A DNA stretch of 64,000 bases from Botryllus schlosseri (lineage: Eukaryota). The translations under genes were made by a program, and so were the position numbers. Where the stretch lies: positions 186,001 through 250,000 of the forward strand of contig CM119372.1 in NCBI GenBank assembly GCA_051294905.1, in the 5' to 3' direction. A model generated the notes under the pieces. It ran no database searches. It was not told where the DNA came from and saw only the letters and a program-made list of their open reading frames with translations. Within the stretch, counting starts at the first letter, position 1; every line of letters begins with the position of its first letter. This document shows positions 1 through 12,700 of the stretch, in pieces.

Positions 1-705
1 TCAAATAGATGTCGACTAGGGTAGGCGAGTCACCGTCCCAATTTGAGATATGAACATAGACCTTCAGTGAACGATTATCTGAGGTGTGCAATCGATTGAA
101 AATCGAATGTAGGATCATTGTCATGGTTCTGGCAGTTTGCCAAAGTATGGAAAATAATTTTCTTACTAGACCATACTTACACATTTCCATATTCCATACC
201 GAAATTTCGTTCTATGCCCTGCCGAAAAGACTATTTTGTTTTTTCAAATCAAAAATTTTGAACCCCCAATAACTCCACTCTACCGGTCGGAATCGAGTCA
301 AATTTTCTATGCCTCATTTTTTAGGCAGCGTAACAATGTCATCGTGTTTAGAGTAAAATTGAAAAAATGTTGTTGTTTTTTAATCTATTTAAGATTTTCC
401 AACCTGAATAACTTCGCTTCTACACGCTGTAACTGAGCCAATCTCTATGTGCATCGATTTCTAGCCAACCTTACAATAATTTTGAATAGCTAGTATAATT
501 TGAAAAGAAAAGTTATTTTTGATCGTAACTTCTTTCCAATTTTTACAGGATAGTTGATAATATCATTGAATTGGCTGAAAAATACAGTACGTTGAAGTCG
601 ATATGTCTGATACTGAAATTTTAAAAGCTTACTTTGATCTCAACATTAGACGGGTCTTTCCCTGGACTGTGTGTGCATTGACCCATATTACTGTGAATAA
701 ACAAT

Positions 706-3700
706 ATGATGATATGCCCAGGTCCCAACTGGTTCCCGATGGGCGACCCCACCTATTCCATGGACCCGCATCACAACCCGTACCAAGCGTGGAACGAGCC
801 GGCCCCTCCTTACACGGAGCAGTCGTCGAACAGATCGAGGCAAAGTAGCCGCGAAACCAAGTCGAGAACAACGAGCCGCGCCAAATCTGGGGATTCCGGC
901 CGATCGAGCGAGCGTGCCAGCCGGAGAGACAGTTTCCGAAGCCGTAGCTTGCCGAGTCTGCTCAACGAAGATCTGTACTCTGAGGCTTCTACTTTTCAGC
1001 GCAAGTCAGTTCTAATTCGAGGACAGACTAGAACTTCGACTAGAACTATTCACTTTTCAAAATGCACTACAACTACTCACTATACAAAACGGCAACTATA
1101 ATTGGAACCGCTCACTTTCATGACTTGCAACTAGCATTAGAACTACTCACTTTTCAATATTCAGAACTAGAAGAACTAGAACTGCTCACTTTCAAAACTT
1201 CCAACTAGCATTAGAACCATAGGCGCCGACTTACGAGGTGGCGGCCACCTCGTACAAAATGCTCAGACGTCCAAGTGATTTGTGACCAATAATTAGTAAT
1301 CACGCGAATCGATGCGACCTCGTTAGACACGTTTTCGATTTCGATAAGCGTGTGTGCCAGGCGCGTAGCCACGGTGGTTTCGGGGGTCGAACTTCCCTAT
1401 TTGAAACGCGAAACCCCGTCATTTTGAAATGATCATTCTAACTCTAATATTCAGTTGCAATTCAATAATTGTGTTATCAGTGTTCCGCGCGGCTGATTTG
1501 CGAGAAACGTATTATCAACTAGCGAGAAGAGTCTGTGAAACTAGGTCATTCATTCCCGTGCGCGTGGCAATTGTCGCTAGCCTGGTTTTTCGCGTCTCGA
1601 ACAAGCCTAGTTCCGCAGGCTTGAGCAATCACATCTGCAATAGGCCCAGTTCACACTATATCATCGCTTGCCTGCGCAATCGCATCTGCATTGGCGGCTT
1701 CGGCCTGGTGTGCACGATATCATCGCTGGCCTACACAATGGCATCTGCAATAGGCCTGGTGTGAACGATCTCATTGCTGGCCTAACTATCACGTTTCGGG
1801 CATAGCATGCTTTGACTGCTATCTCTCGCTGGTTTCAAGACAATGCGGTCGAGTTTACGCTAATTAGTGATTGTTTTATGTCATATTGATTAAAAAGCGA
1901 CATCGCGAAACTGAACAACATCAAATCGCTGCAAACAGACTTTAACGTGCGTAATTGATTCCCGCTAATACTTGAACGTAATGATCAGAAGAGGTGTATC
2001 ATCACTATCATGGCTTGAGTTCTGAAAGACAACAAAGGTTTGAAATCGGTGCCATCAAGTTGGGACATTTTGATTTGCAAAAACTGTCGCCGAGACTGCG
2101 TAATACACGCGCGTATTTAATTGTTCACCAGAGATCAGGGACTCGCTAATTGACAGCACTCCCCAACTCTTTGGCAAGCTTATCATACGCCTAAAATCGT
2201 CAATACAAAGAGATTATATGATAGCCATTCACACATGTACTTGACCCGAATTGAATTGATGCTATATTGGTAATTTGAAAAAAATCCAAATCACCCTAAT
2301 TCTTCGACTGGCTACGCGCCTAGCATGTGCTGAGAAGCACCATCCTAGATCTCCTCTCCCGATCAGGCGCCCAAATAAACGTTCTGCTTTTCTGAAATCT
2401 AAATTATGTGCGCCCATATTCGTTTACAAAACCATTCGTGAGGTAGCTAGCTTCGTGATAGTCTTGGTAATCGTAGCGCGAAATTGGAGGGTGTGTTGGT
2501 GTGTGCCTGCAAATTGGAATTCATTTCTGCGCAGATTCGCTTATCTAACCAGGCTTTGCCAGTGACATTATTCGGGAAATACAGCAATACAGCTTAAATA
2601 CCGATATAATGAGAAAACAATTGTCGCGACGAAAGCTACTCAATACGGTATCAGACTCAAAACCCATTCGTGGTGATACCGATTAGAATACACGCTTTCT
2701 CATTTGCCAACATCCATATTTCTTGCTATCTACTTGATACATTTGTACTCCGAAATTGTCGCACAAAGTCATTTTCCAGTGTTCCTTTCATTATTAACGT
2801 GCAGTAGGTCATGCTATGCCATTGTCAAATATTGATGCATCACAAGATTCTGGGTGGCACAACTTCTGATTTTATTCGATTCGATTCCGGTAAACTTGAT
2901 TGCTGGATGTACTCGTATCGAGAACAACAACATCGAATAATAAACTATTAGGCATTAGGTAGACAGTAAACTTCTATTGATAAGATCGCGGCATTCGCCC
3001 GGAAGTCGAATTAATTCTAACCCAGGGGTGGTCAACCTGCGATCATAGAAGGAAATTTGTGCGGTCGTCAACACGTAACTCAATTAGTATGTGCTGGTGG
3101 CCGTCGACACGCAAATTGAATTTACGAATCGACCGATCTACTCCCGAAATGCTTCGCGAACGTAAATCGGGTAATGCACCAATGCCGCCCTAATCGCCGC
3201 GATGCGAATTGGTCAACGCGAAGCAAGAAATCGTATTTGTAATCATCATTGTTGTCTGCTTGAAATATTCGAGAGTTGTCGTATGTTACTTGGCAGGCCA
3301 GTGCGTAGTGTATTTCGTTACTCACGCGGCGCTTTGCGCGTGATGCAATTGATGCAATTCCAGATTCTCAGTGACCTAAATTCTGATTTTTGTTCGCAGC
3401 GCAGGCCGCAGTTACACTTTCGAATGATCGTACCGTTTTAAGATTCTATTTAATAACTCGATTGCATGGTTTGATATTAATGAGTGCAGGCTGCAGGGCC
3501 GATATTAAAACGACGCGCGAATGTTTTGATGCTGCGTGTACACCAGCGGCATGTAGTAAAGTGCGTTTAGTATGACGATGACGTCATCGACATGGGACAA
3601 CTATGATGTCACAACACTTCGCCACCTCGTAAAAATATAAAAGTCTGCGCCTATGATTAGAACTACTCACTTTTCAATATTCAGAACTAGAAGAACTAGA

Positions 3701-6700
3701 ACTGCTCACTTTCAAAACTTGCAACTAGAAGTAGAACTACAACTACTTTGGCAAGCAGCTAGTCTGTGTCAAATGCCTTCAGGTCGAGCCGGTCCTCCAC
3801 TACCACGTCAGTGTGGGACGACGACAAACAGAGATCCAGGTCAAGACCTACGTCCCGTGAGTCCAGCACAACTGACATCACCACCAAAGAAGCTTTTATG
3901 AAGGTGACAAATCCAGGCTGTCATCACTCGACCCGAGTCAGGCTTGAGTCGGCATTTTTTGTTGACTTGGCTTCACTCCTGTCAATTTGTGCAGTGCGCG
4001 TGGATGGACTCGAGCCAACCAAGTCATCTGTCTCGAGACAAATCCGGCCGCAAACTTTGATCTGTTTGCCTGTTAGGGGCAGAGCTGTTCAAAGTAGTCA
4101 TCGTCGGTGGTTACGTGCAAGTACAAGTAATGACATAAATTGGTACTTGAGTACAAGTGGAGACTTCAAAGTCATTGAAAAAGTGACTGTTCTAGGTCTA
4201 GCTGTGAGTAGAAAGCTGAAAAATGTCAAGGAGATTCTCAGCCTGTTTCACTCAAGCAGAGTGGTAAAGAACGGTGTGAGCTTGTGACTGGACAGGGAAC
4301 AGTAATATTTAGTATGAATCGGCCATATGCACCCTGACTTGGACTCTGTGGTGACTCGAAAAGGACTCGAGTCAAACTGTATAAGTAATATTGACTTGTG
4401 ACTCGGTTACAAAACTCGAATGTGCCTATTCGATGCAATTCATTCTGATTCGATTTGCTCAGGGTTATAAGACGGCGTTGAAAGAAGCGCTGCGGACAAT
4501 CTCAGCTACAAGACGGGAACCACCAACAAGCGACGATGATATTCTCGAGAAACTCGTTTCTGAAGTCGGGTAAGATTGAAAATTTCAATTCCAAGCGACT
4601 TTCCTTGCCATTTTTTGAATAAACTATTGGAGGTTGGAGGCAGAACTTGATTATGCGATTGTGTTGTTTGTCATATTGAAATGCCCGAATATTTTCGGCA
4701 CACACCGTTACTTCTGACTTATTCTTACTTGACAAACCCATTTGAAGAGAGTCTTATAGGTGCAGAACTTCAATATAGTTTTTTTTTTCAATCAATCAGG
4801 TTTATTATTATTTTCATCATTTCAAAACATCACAAGACTGCGATACAATGAAAAGAGAGGAAGGTGTCGAAACAACTTGGAGTAGCCATTAAGATCAGAC
4901 ACCCACCTTAGCCTAGGCGAAGTAAATAATAGGCATGCACACTGAATGAAAAGTAATGCAGAGAATATAAGACGCAAGCGACAAAATGAGGTGGCATGTG
5001 GCGAAGGGCGAGGTCGATGTTAGGTTGTGGTCCGGTAATCCTGAAGACTTGCTAGTATTGAGTTTTGAGTCTTATATTCAATTTTCATGTTTTAATGTCA
5101 GAAGCAACCGGATCCCCTCGGAAATGCCCCGTACCGTGAGCAGTGATTCTCGTTTGAGCAATCCAAAGCCGCACAAGGAAGACTGGAGTATCGGCACACG
5201 ACCAGGTTCATAGAAATACTTTTTTAACGTTTTACTGGTTCGTTGATAGTAGGATTTATTTTGGAATTGAGCCAAATTTGTTACGCAGATTTGGGTCAAT
5301 TGTAATTTGTAATTGAGCTGATATAATAATTACATTTTTTCATGTAATTTTTTCATGTAATTGTAATTCTGATTGTAATTGAAGCATTTCTATTTTGTGT
5401 AATTGTAGTTGTAATTTGATCAAAATTTTGCTCAATTACAATCTCAATTACATTTTTATGGAAACCTGACAATCACAACATAAAATAATCAATTATTCAA
5501 TCATTTATTTGTCGCACCAGTGAAAATCCGGTACGAACCAGGATGACGACGAGGGGCCTTAAGGCCTTAGTAAACCAGTGTTGGGATCAAGTCACTACCT
5601 TTGAGTCACGAGTCAATGCACATTTTGACTCGAGTCAAGTCAAGTCAATCGATTTTCGACGGTGACTCGAGTCAAGTCAAGTCAGTCGATTTTCGGAGGT
5701 GACTCAAGTCAAGTTGAGTCAAGTCAAGTCACGAGTTAAGTCACAATTCAAGTCAAATTGCCTTTTCGAGGTGTGAGACGTGATTACGTCATTGTATTTT
5801 GCTAGTTGTCTGAAATACAGATTGAGTGGTCATTGATTTTGAACCGATGAACGAATATAGAGTTAAATATACAACTAAGGCGATGTATCGCTCATGTATA
5901 AGTAGAACTTATAAACTACGTAGTAATTACGTAGTAAGTAATTGTACAGCCTCAGTTTTTAGTTACCAGCCAAAATAGAGAATAGAGAAACGAATTGATA
6001 AGATGCAATACACTACCGTTTTGCAAATTGATATGATACAATTCGAGCCTGCGCCAATGGTTGAGGACTATATAATCTATTGGCGAATTCAATTTCAATA
6101 AAACAAGAGATTTGGTCAAGTTGAGAACACAGAACAGACATATACATTTTGCTATTAAATTACTTTACTATACTATAGTTTATGACAACGTATGCTGTCA
6201 GCTTCGATCACTTCGTTTGCGATCAATATATTCGTGAGAGAACAATGGAGGCTCAGTAAAACACACGATCATTGAATAATTGGTCGCTCTCACGGGTTAC
6301 ACCAGCGTTGCGCGAACAATCCGAACATATGTAAGATACAGTGATTTTTATCGAGACCAATTACTTGATGACTTGAAATTGACTCGTGAATTTTGCTCCG
6401 AGTCACGAGTCAATCCACATTTCTGATACGGCGAGTCAAGTCAAGTCATTTTAGCAAAGTGACTCGAGTCAAGTCAAGTCATACGAAAAAGTGGCTCGAG
6501 TGTGACTCGATTCAAGTCATGACTCGAGTCATCCCAACACTGTAGTAAACAGTCACCACATGCAATAATCAGCCTATACATCGGTGTTCTATGCGTGCTG
6601 CGTTATAACTAGATAATTCAGTCACGCTAAACTGTTTCCAATACTTTGTGAATTACAATATAGGCTAAACCAGTTGTTCTCAAACTGGGGGCGTGCCCCC

Positions 6701-9700
6701 TTGGGCGGCGTGAAAACATCTGAACGGGGCGCGACGCTCCAGTGAACTGAAATCTTTTCCGCGCCTTGCCCGATTCCCCTCCGTTTTATGGTTATTGCTC
6801 GGTGTGTAGTCTGAATTTCGTATTGGAGAATTCTCTCATCAACAGTCATTCATAACCTTCCATACCATCAAACTATATGTAAGGATTGCTAACTTTCTGG
6901 TTTCATTGTGTGCTATAACGATAAGGGGGGTACGAAATATTCACTGTCATAAAGGGGGGCGTGTCTAAAAAAGTTAGAGAACCGGTGGGCTAAACTAAAT
7001 CTTAATATTTCAAAAATGGTTGAACAGCAAATAAACTCTTCTGAAACCTGTGCTGAACCATTTCCTACACCACGGTCAAAGTTTTTTTTTAAATCTCTCG
7101 ACCAGTGCCGAGGCTTGTTGCAACAATAGTAAAAGAAAATTCAAGTTTCCAACCAAGGCTTCATCAAACTTGATCACGCATTTGTAGAGATGTTATCCCA
7201 ATCTTACCTCCATTCTAGGCCAAATTTACTGAGGCCAGAAACTTTTCGCACCCTAATGTTCATCAAATGACATGAAACAGTTTCCGAGCAAGTGAAAATG
7301 TAAATGCGAGCCAAAATATTGTAATTCTTAGTTTTAATTATCAGGAGGTTCTTTCCTTTTGCATTTATTTTAATTTTACGCACCTTATCGGTATCATCCT
7401 TGTCGCTGACGCCTTACCAACTACATTTCATTATCCTGACTCAGACCTGAGTAGCCTAATCATTTGATTACATTTCATTGACTGTCCTGTAACCTATTCG
7501 CTGTTAGTCGCTCAAACCTTTGGTTCTTAACAGTCGCTTGAAACATTTTTCTGTGCTCGTAGTTTTTAGTACTCATGATTAGGAATAGTTCGTATACGTT
7601 CGAGTTTTTTTTTAATTAAAGGGTATTCTACATATCAGGAATGAAATATGAATAGCTTGAGATTGTTGCTAATTATGTCGCTACGGTTGTCAAAGGACAC
7701 CTCTTCACTGAATCAATTACGTGTTTAAAAGTAATTGTAATTATAATTGTAATTAATTACATGTTTAACAGTAATTGTAATTGTAATTGTAATTTGATAT
7801 TTTTAGCATTGAGTAATTGTAATTGTAATGTAATTGAAACATGCAAGGAAGTAATTGTAATTGTGATTGAATTAAAATTTTGTAATTGATCCAACTCTAC
7901 TAGCCAGTAGAATTTGAACATTTGTTTTTTTAATAATAAACGGTATCAAATATTTTCTACTTTTATAGCTATTTGAACAGCTTCTTTGAGGTACAGAACT
8001 TCAATATACAATTGAATAGTATATTCATATTAAAATGAACCCGAATATTTTCGGCTGACACTCGTCAGGGGTAATCGTCAGCAACTAGTAGAGAATTCGA
8101 AAGAACAGCTTATATCAACAATCGTAATACAAAATATGTCGTCACCAGCACAAAATGTCGAATACGAGAGCGTTCAATGTACTATTTTTAGATGATACAC
8201 GAACTCTTTTTGTTGACACAGCCTTGGCTGGTGTATTTTGATAAAAGTCGACTCCAAGGCGCACAAATGAAAGTGTGAGCGACCCTTTCCGAGTATGCGA
8301 AATCTGTCGTCTCGATAATTTTTCGCACAGGCGGGATTATCCAACAAGTGTTTGCCAATTGCAGAATTTATGGCCTTTGATTGGACCAATCAAAATACAC
8401 CAGCCAAGGCTGTGTCAACAAAAAGAGTTCGTGTATCATCTAAAAATAGTGCATTGAACGCTCTCGTATTCGACATTTCGTGCTGGTGACGTCATATTTT
8501 GTATTACGATTGTTGATATACGCTGTTCTTTCGAATTCTCCTCTAGTTGCTGACGATTACCCCTGACGAGTGTCAGCCGAAAATATTCGGGTTCATTTTA
8601 ATATGAATATACTATTCAATTTTATAGCTATTTGAAGAGCTTCTTGGAGGTGCAGAACTTCATATTGAAATGAACCGGGATATTTTTAACTGACACTCGT
8701 CAGGGGTAATCGTCGGCATTGAACGCTCTCTTGTTCGAAATTTCATGCTGGTGACGTCATATTTTGTGATACGATTGTTGATATACGATGTTCTTTCCGA
8801 TTCTCTACTAGTTGCTGACGATTACCCCTGACGAGTGTCAGTTCTACATATTTTGGCTTCATTTCAATATGAATATACTATTCAATTGTTATACGGTAGC
8901 TATGCTTTTATAGGTTGGAATTATCCAAATTTGATGTGGAGCATTTTTTTTTAACCAACCCAACAATTTTATCATGTAGCGTCAAACTTGTACATGTACA
9001 CTAGGGTTGTTCAGAATTGACCGACTTTCAAAAAGTCGTGGTTTTCAGTCCGATTCCCATGCCTTATACCATAAAAACATATTCTAGCTACTTTTTTTCG
9101 TAATTCATCCCTTGCATCCGTGTGCATTTTGAGCTGGAAAAAAATCGGCTAAAAATAGGGGATTCCCCTAAAATTTGTGTGTCGAAATTCGGACTAGGCT
9201 AGTAAACGTCATATATAAGCTGGGTTTATGCAGCTATTGCAGTTTGGAGTGCTACATAACCTTACTATAGAAAGTATTGCCGGTTCAGAACACCATTTCA
9301 TGTCCCACACTCCCTTAGAACTCCTCAAAACTGCCTGAGACTGATAGTCATTTTGTTGTATCACATATCCTACACTCCTCAACCCTACCCGAGATTGTCC
9401 AATCAATTTCCGGGATCACCATGTGCAAGAATACAGCTGTGAATGTATCATTCACTCACAGCCACATTTAAACATCACATTGTTAACAGGAAACGAAACA
9501 ATAAGGAAAAGAAACAGATCAACTTGGCAAATACTACTTAAATCAGGTGGATGAAATGGTTGCTTTAGAGAAATCAGCATATCTGTTCCCGTGATCTCCC
9601 ACTGCTTGTAAGAGGCTCGCCCGCTGTTCTTTGTCATCTGTTTTTAAAGCATCAAAGTCGGTATTCAATTTTATCAAACGCTGTGCTGCGTCTTTAACTA

Positions 9701-12700
9701 CTTCAACACTACGGTACTCACAAATTCTTAAGGAGTCACAAAATGCGGATCAGTATGCCATTCCGAAACTGGAAGACCCAACTAATCATGTTCAGTATGT
9801 ATAGCATCGAATAGAAACCACGATTCCGGTCCAATTAAATCAACCATACTCATTGACTCAGAGACAGAGTCAGAGATTAGACTCAGAGGTACACATCTGC
9901 GTAATTGTTCAAGAATTGGCATTTGCAGCAATTTAGCAGCCATCGCTTCCTTCACTTTGTCAGGAATCTTTGGTTTAGCCGAGAACATTGTAGATACCAC
10001 CGTTTCCTCGGTGAGATGCCAATGATGTTTTCATATCTTTTTATATGCCACATCAGCAACTGCGAAATCGCATGATGTAAAGTCCGTCATGTCATGAAGG
10101 AATTTGAGATCATTACTCTGTGCGTCACATGCAATACCAGTTTTCAAGCTGAGACATAAAACTGGGCAATATTTGTTCATACCAACTTTCTAATGAACTC
10201 TTCAGAATAGCCCATTTGCTCACTCCACATGAACACTTTTTGACTCGTCCATCCAGTGATATTAGTAGCACCAGGCTTGCGAAAACGATTATCAACATAT
10301 TGGCCTTCTAAAATCACCAAGGCGCCTGTTGCACAGTCTCTGTATTCATCTCTTATCAAGAATTCTTTCTGCTTTCCATTATATGGCTTAATCAGTGGAA
10401 TTGTTTCTTGCTTTGCTTCATCAGCTTTCATCGCCAATCCGCTGCCTTCATCAAACTGAAGTGTTTTAGAGCTTCTTAATTGATCAATATCTTTCCACTT
10501 CTTGGAAGGTATTAAAATCTGTGTTTTCAGGGCCTTCACTTCACTTCCAGATCTCCCGGATGACTAGTTCATGAATATGATGGCGACAAGCACTGTAGAA
10601 AACTTTCCGGTTTATCAATTCTTCAAGTACCAGAACAGCACCTTTATTTTTTCCATTGTTTGAGGATGTTGTGTCAAACACAAGAGCTCTGACATTTTTG
10701 TTAGATAATAAAGTTCCAGCAGTTCAAATGACGGATCAGCCCGTAATTTCCTGTAGCACTCTCAAGAGTTAGAATGCCAAGAAGTTTGCCCTTCTCAAAT
10801 GCGTTGGAACACGCAGACGATGCCAGCACTGCCAAGGCCTCAAATTGCTCTCCTAAACGACTCCTAGTGAGCTTTCCATTCCAGTGCAATGAGATGTGCT
10901 TTGGTGGATCGTTTGCTATTTTTTCAACAATCAACTCGGAAATTTTAAAACGATTTGCAATGCGCCGTTGATAGGTTCCAGATCTTGAAAGATGAAAGTC
11001 ATTAGGGTCACCATCGCAAGCTTTAATCAGTGCTGTAGTTATCATGGTAGCAGCATTATCGCTGACTTTCAAGCGATCAGAAACCTGGCATATGTCTTTG
11101 TCGTTGAACAGGTTTACAGGCTCTTTTAGAGTCACAAATTTAAAGGAATGACCCGATGTCGACTGCGCCACTTCAAAATCACTGCTGTGGGAAGTGTCAG
11201 CTACTTGCGAAGATATAGAGAGCTCTCTGTAAATTCACCTTCGCTACTTGAAGCTGGTGCACTCTCTCGCACTCATGGTCCGTCTCTTTTGTTGCATGGT
11301 TTTCACTTTCAACACTGTATCTTTGCCACCAATAGTTGCTAATTACGGACCCCTTTGATCCTAATAAAATGTTTTGTATTCATGTTTCTTATCGTCGGAG
11401 AGAAGTGTACTTGCTTCAATTGTCGTCATCGCGTCAGGAGCTCCTCTATGCCCATAGCTTACTCAACTTGGCTTCAAAGTGACTTTGTTTTCTTGATACA
11501 TATTGCTGGCCTGCAGTTTCCTTTAGTGACAGCCATTTGGTTTCTGTTTTCACACTGTCGCTAATCTTTCAATGGCATTGACTTGTGTGATGGTCTTTGT
11601 GGCAGCCAGGAACCAAAAACCTATTACCGTACTTCATCTCCTACGTCCTGGATGTGTAACTTGACTGGTTCATTTTTCGCATATGAATGCTCTCTTGGGT
11701 GTAACACATACTGCATAACTTTCCTAAGAGTAAGCAGCTTTGATCTCTTAATGTTTCCTCAGATGGCGCAGCTAGGAAATGCTGTGTCTGCGACCGTGAT
11801 CTTCTTGTTTTCTTTGATACTATATCACTAGATGGCAATTTTCTTTTTTTTTAGACATTTCGCACTAGAGCTAATCCTAGAAAAATGAATATACATCAAC
11901 TCAGTCAAGCAACAAAGAATAGTTGGAAACATTTCAGTTCTCTAAGGTCAAACACATACTGCACAACTTGAGCAAGAATAGTCGGATTCGATCCAGTTAT
12001 TGATTCTGGAAGATAATGATTCCTAAATTGGAAATGCTCCGACCAGTATATTGCTATCTTAGGAAATTACATAAAATTCAGAGCAACCGATTGGCTGTTT
12101 TCCACGGTCACTGGAAAAGACATTTACAAGCTTTGTTTTCTATCCCAGTAGACAAGAAAGAGTATCAGGTCCATTAGATCGAATAATTCAATACTGCTAC
12201 AATACTATAATCACTAATCCTGCGCTAGACTCGCTAACAGCATGAGCCAAAAAGCTACCTGGTAAGTCCTGCACCTCAATCGTAAACACAGTTCTTCAAC
12301 AACAAAGCAGCAAAACACCCGAGTAATTAATGATCCCCATTTCACTGCCTAGCGCCTAGCGTTTCATTAACGCTAGAACATCCGCTTCACGTCAATGAGA
12401 ACACATGCGATTGCTCTCGAGTCACTCACAATGGGGGAATCCCCAAATTCCGAAGAATTTTTTTGGTGCATGAAAAAACGGCAAAATGCACACGGATGCA
12501 GGGGATGAATTACAAAAAAAAGTAGCCAGAATTTGTTTTTAAGGTATAAGGCAGGGGTTCTCAACCCGCGGGCCGCATGCGGCCCGCAGACGCTTTTTCT
12601 GTGGCCCGCGAGATCTTTCAATATGATCGCAATTACTACCGTCACAGTATTATTGTTGGATACGGTATCAATTTAGCTACTAAAGCTCTCTTATGGCTCC

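Larger units (their letters stand above)
5286..7899. mobile_element. Older hAT-like element with (AATTGT)n subterminal arrays, containing nested MITEs
   Basis: Ends CAGATTTGGGTCAATT / AATTGATCCAACTCTA; TGTAAT arrays at 5300-5455 and 7715-7890; TSD not clear. Confidence 0.5.
8010..8890. mobile_element. Penelope-like retroelement relics with inverted pLTRs
   Basis: GIY-YIG C-terminus SAIGKHLLDNPAC...LESTFIK...PRLC (8174-8389, -); 233-bp inverted arms 8010-8242/8389-8621; a second inverted pLTR pair at 8663-8890. Confidence 0.85.

Noticed and set aside
1027..1217. ACTAGAACT-rich degenerate repeats next to many exons as splicing signals
   Set aside because: Similar AGTAGAAGT-type arrays occur inside hAT MITE ends (52313-53613), so decayed transposon sequence is the simpler explanation.
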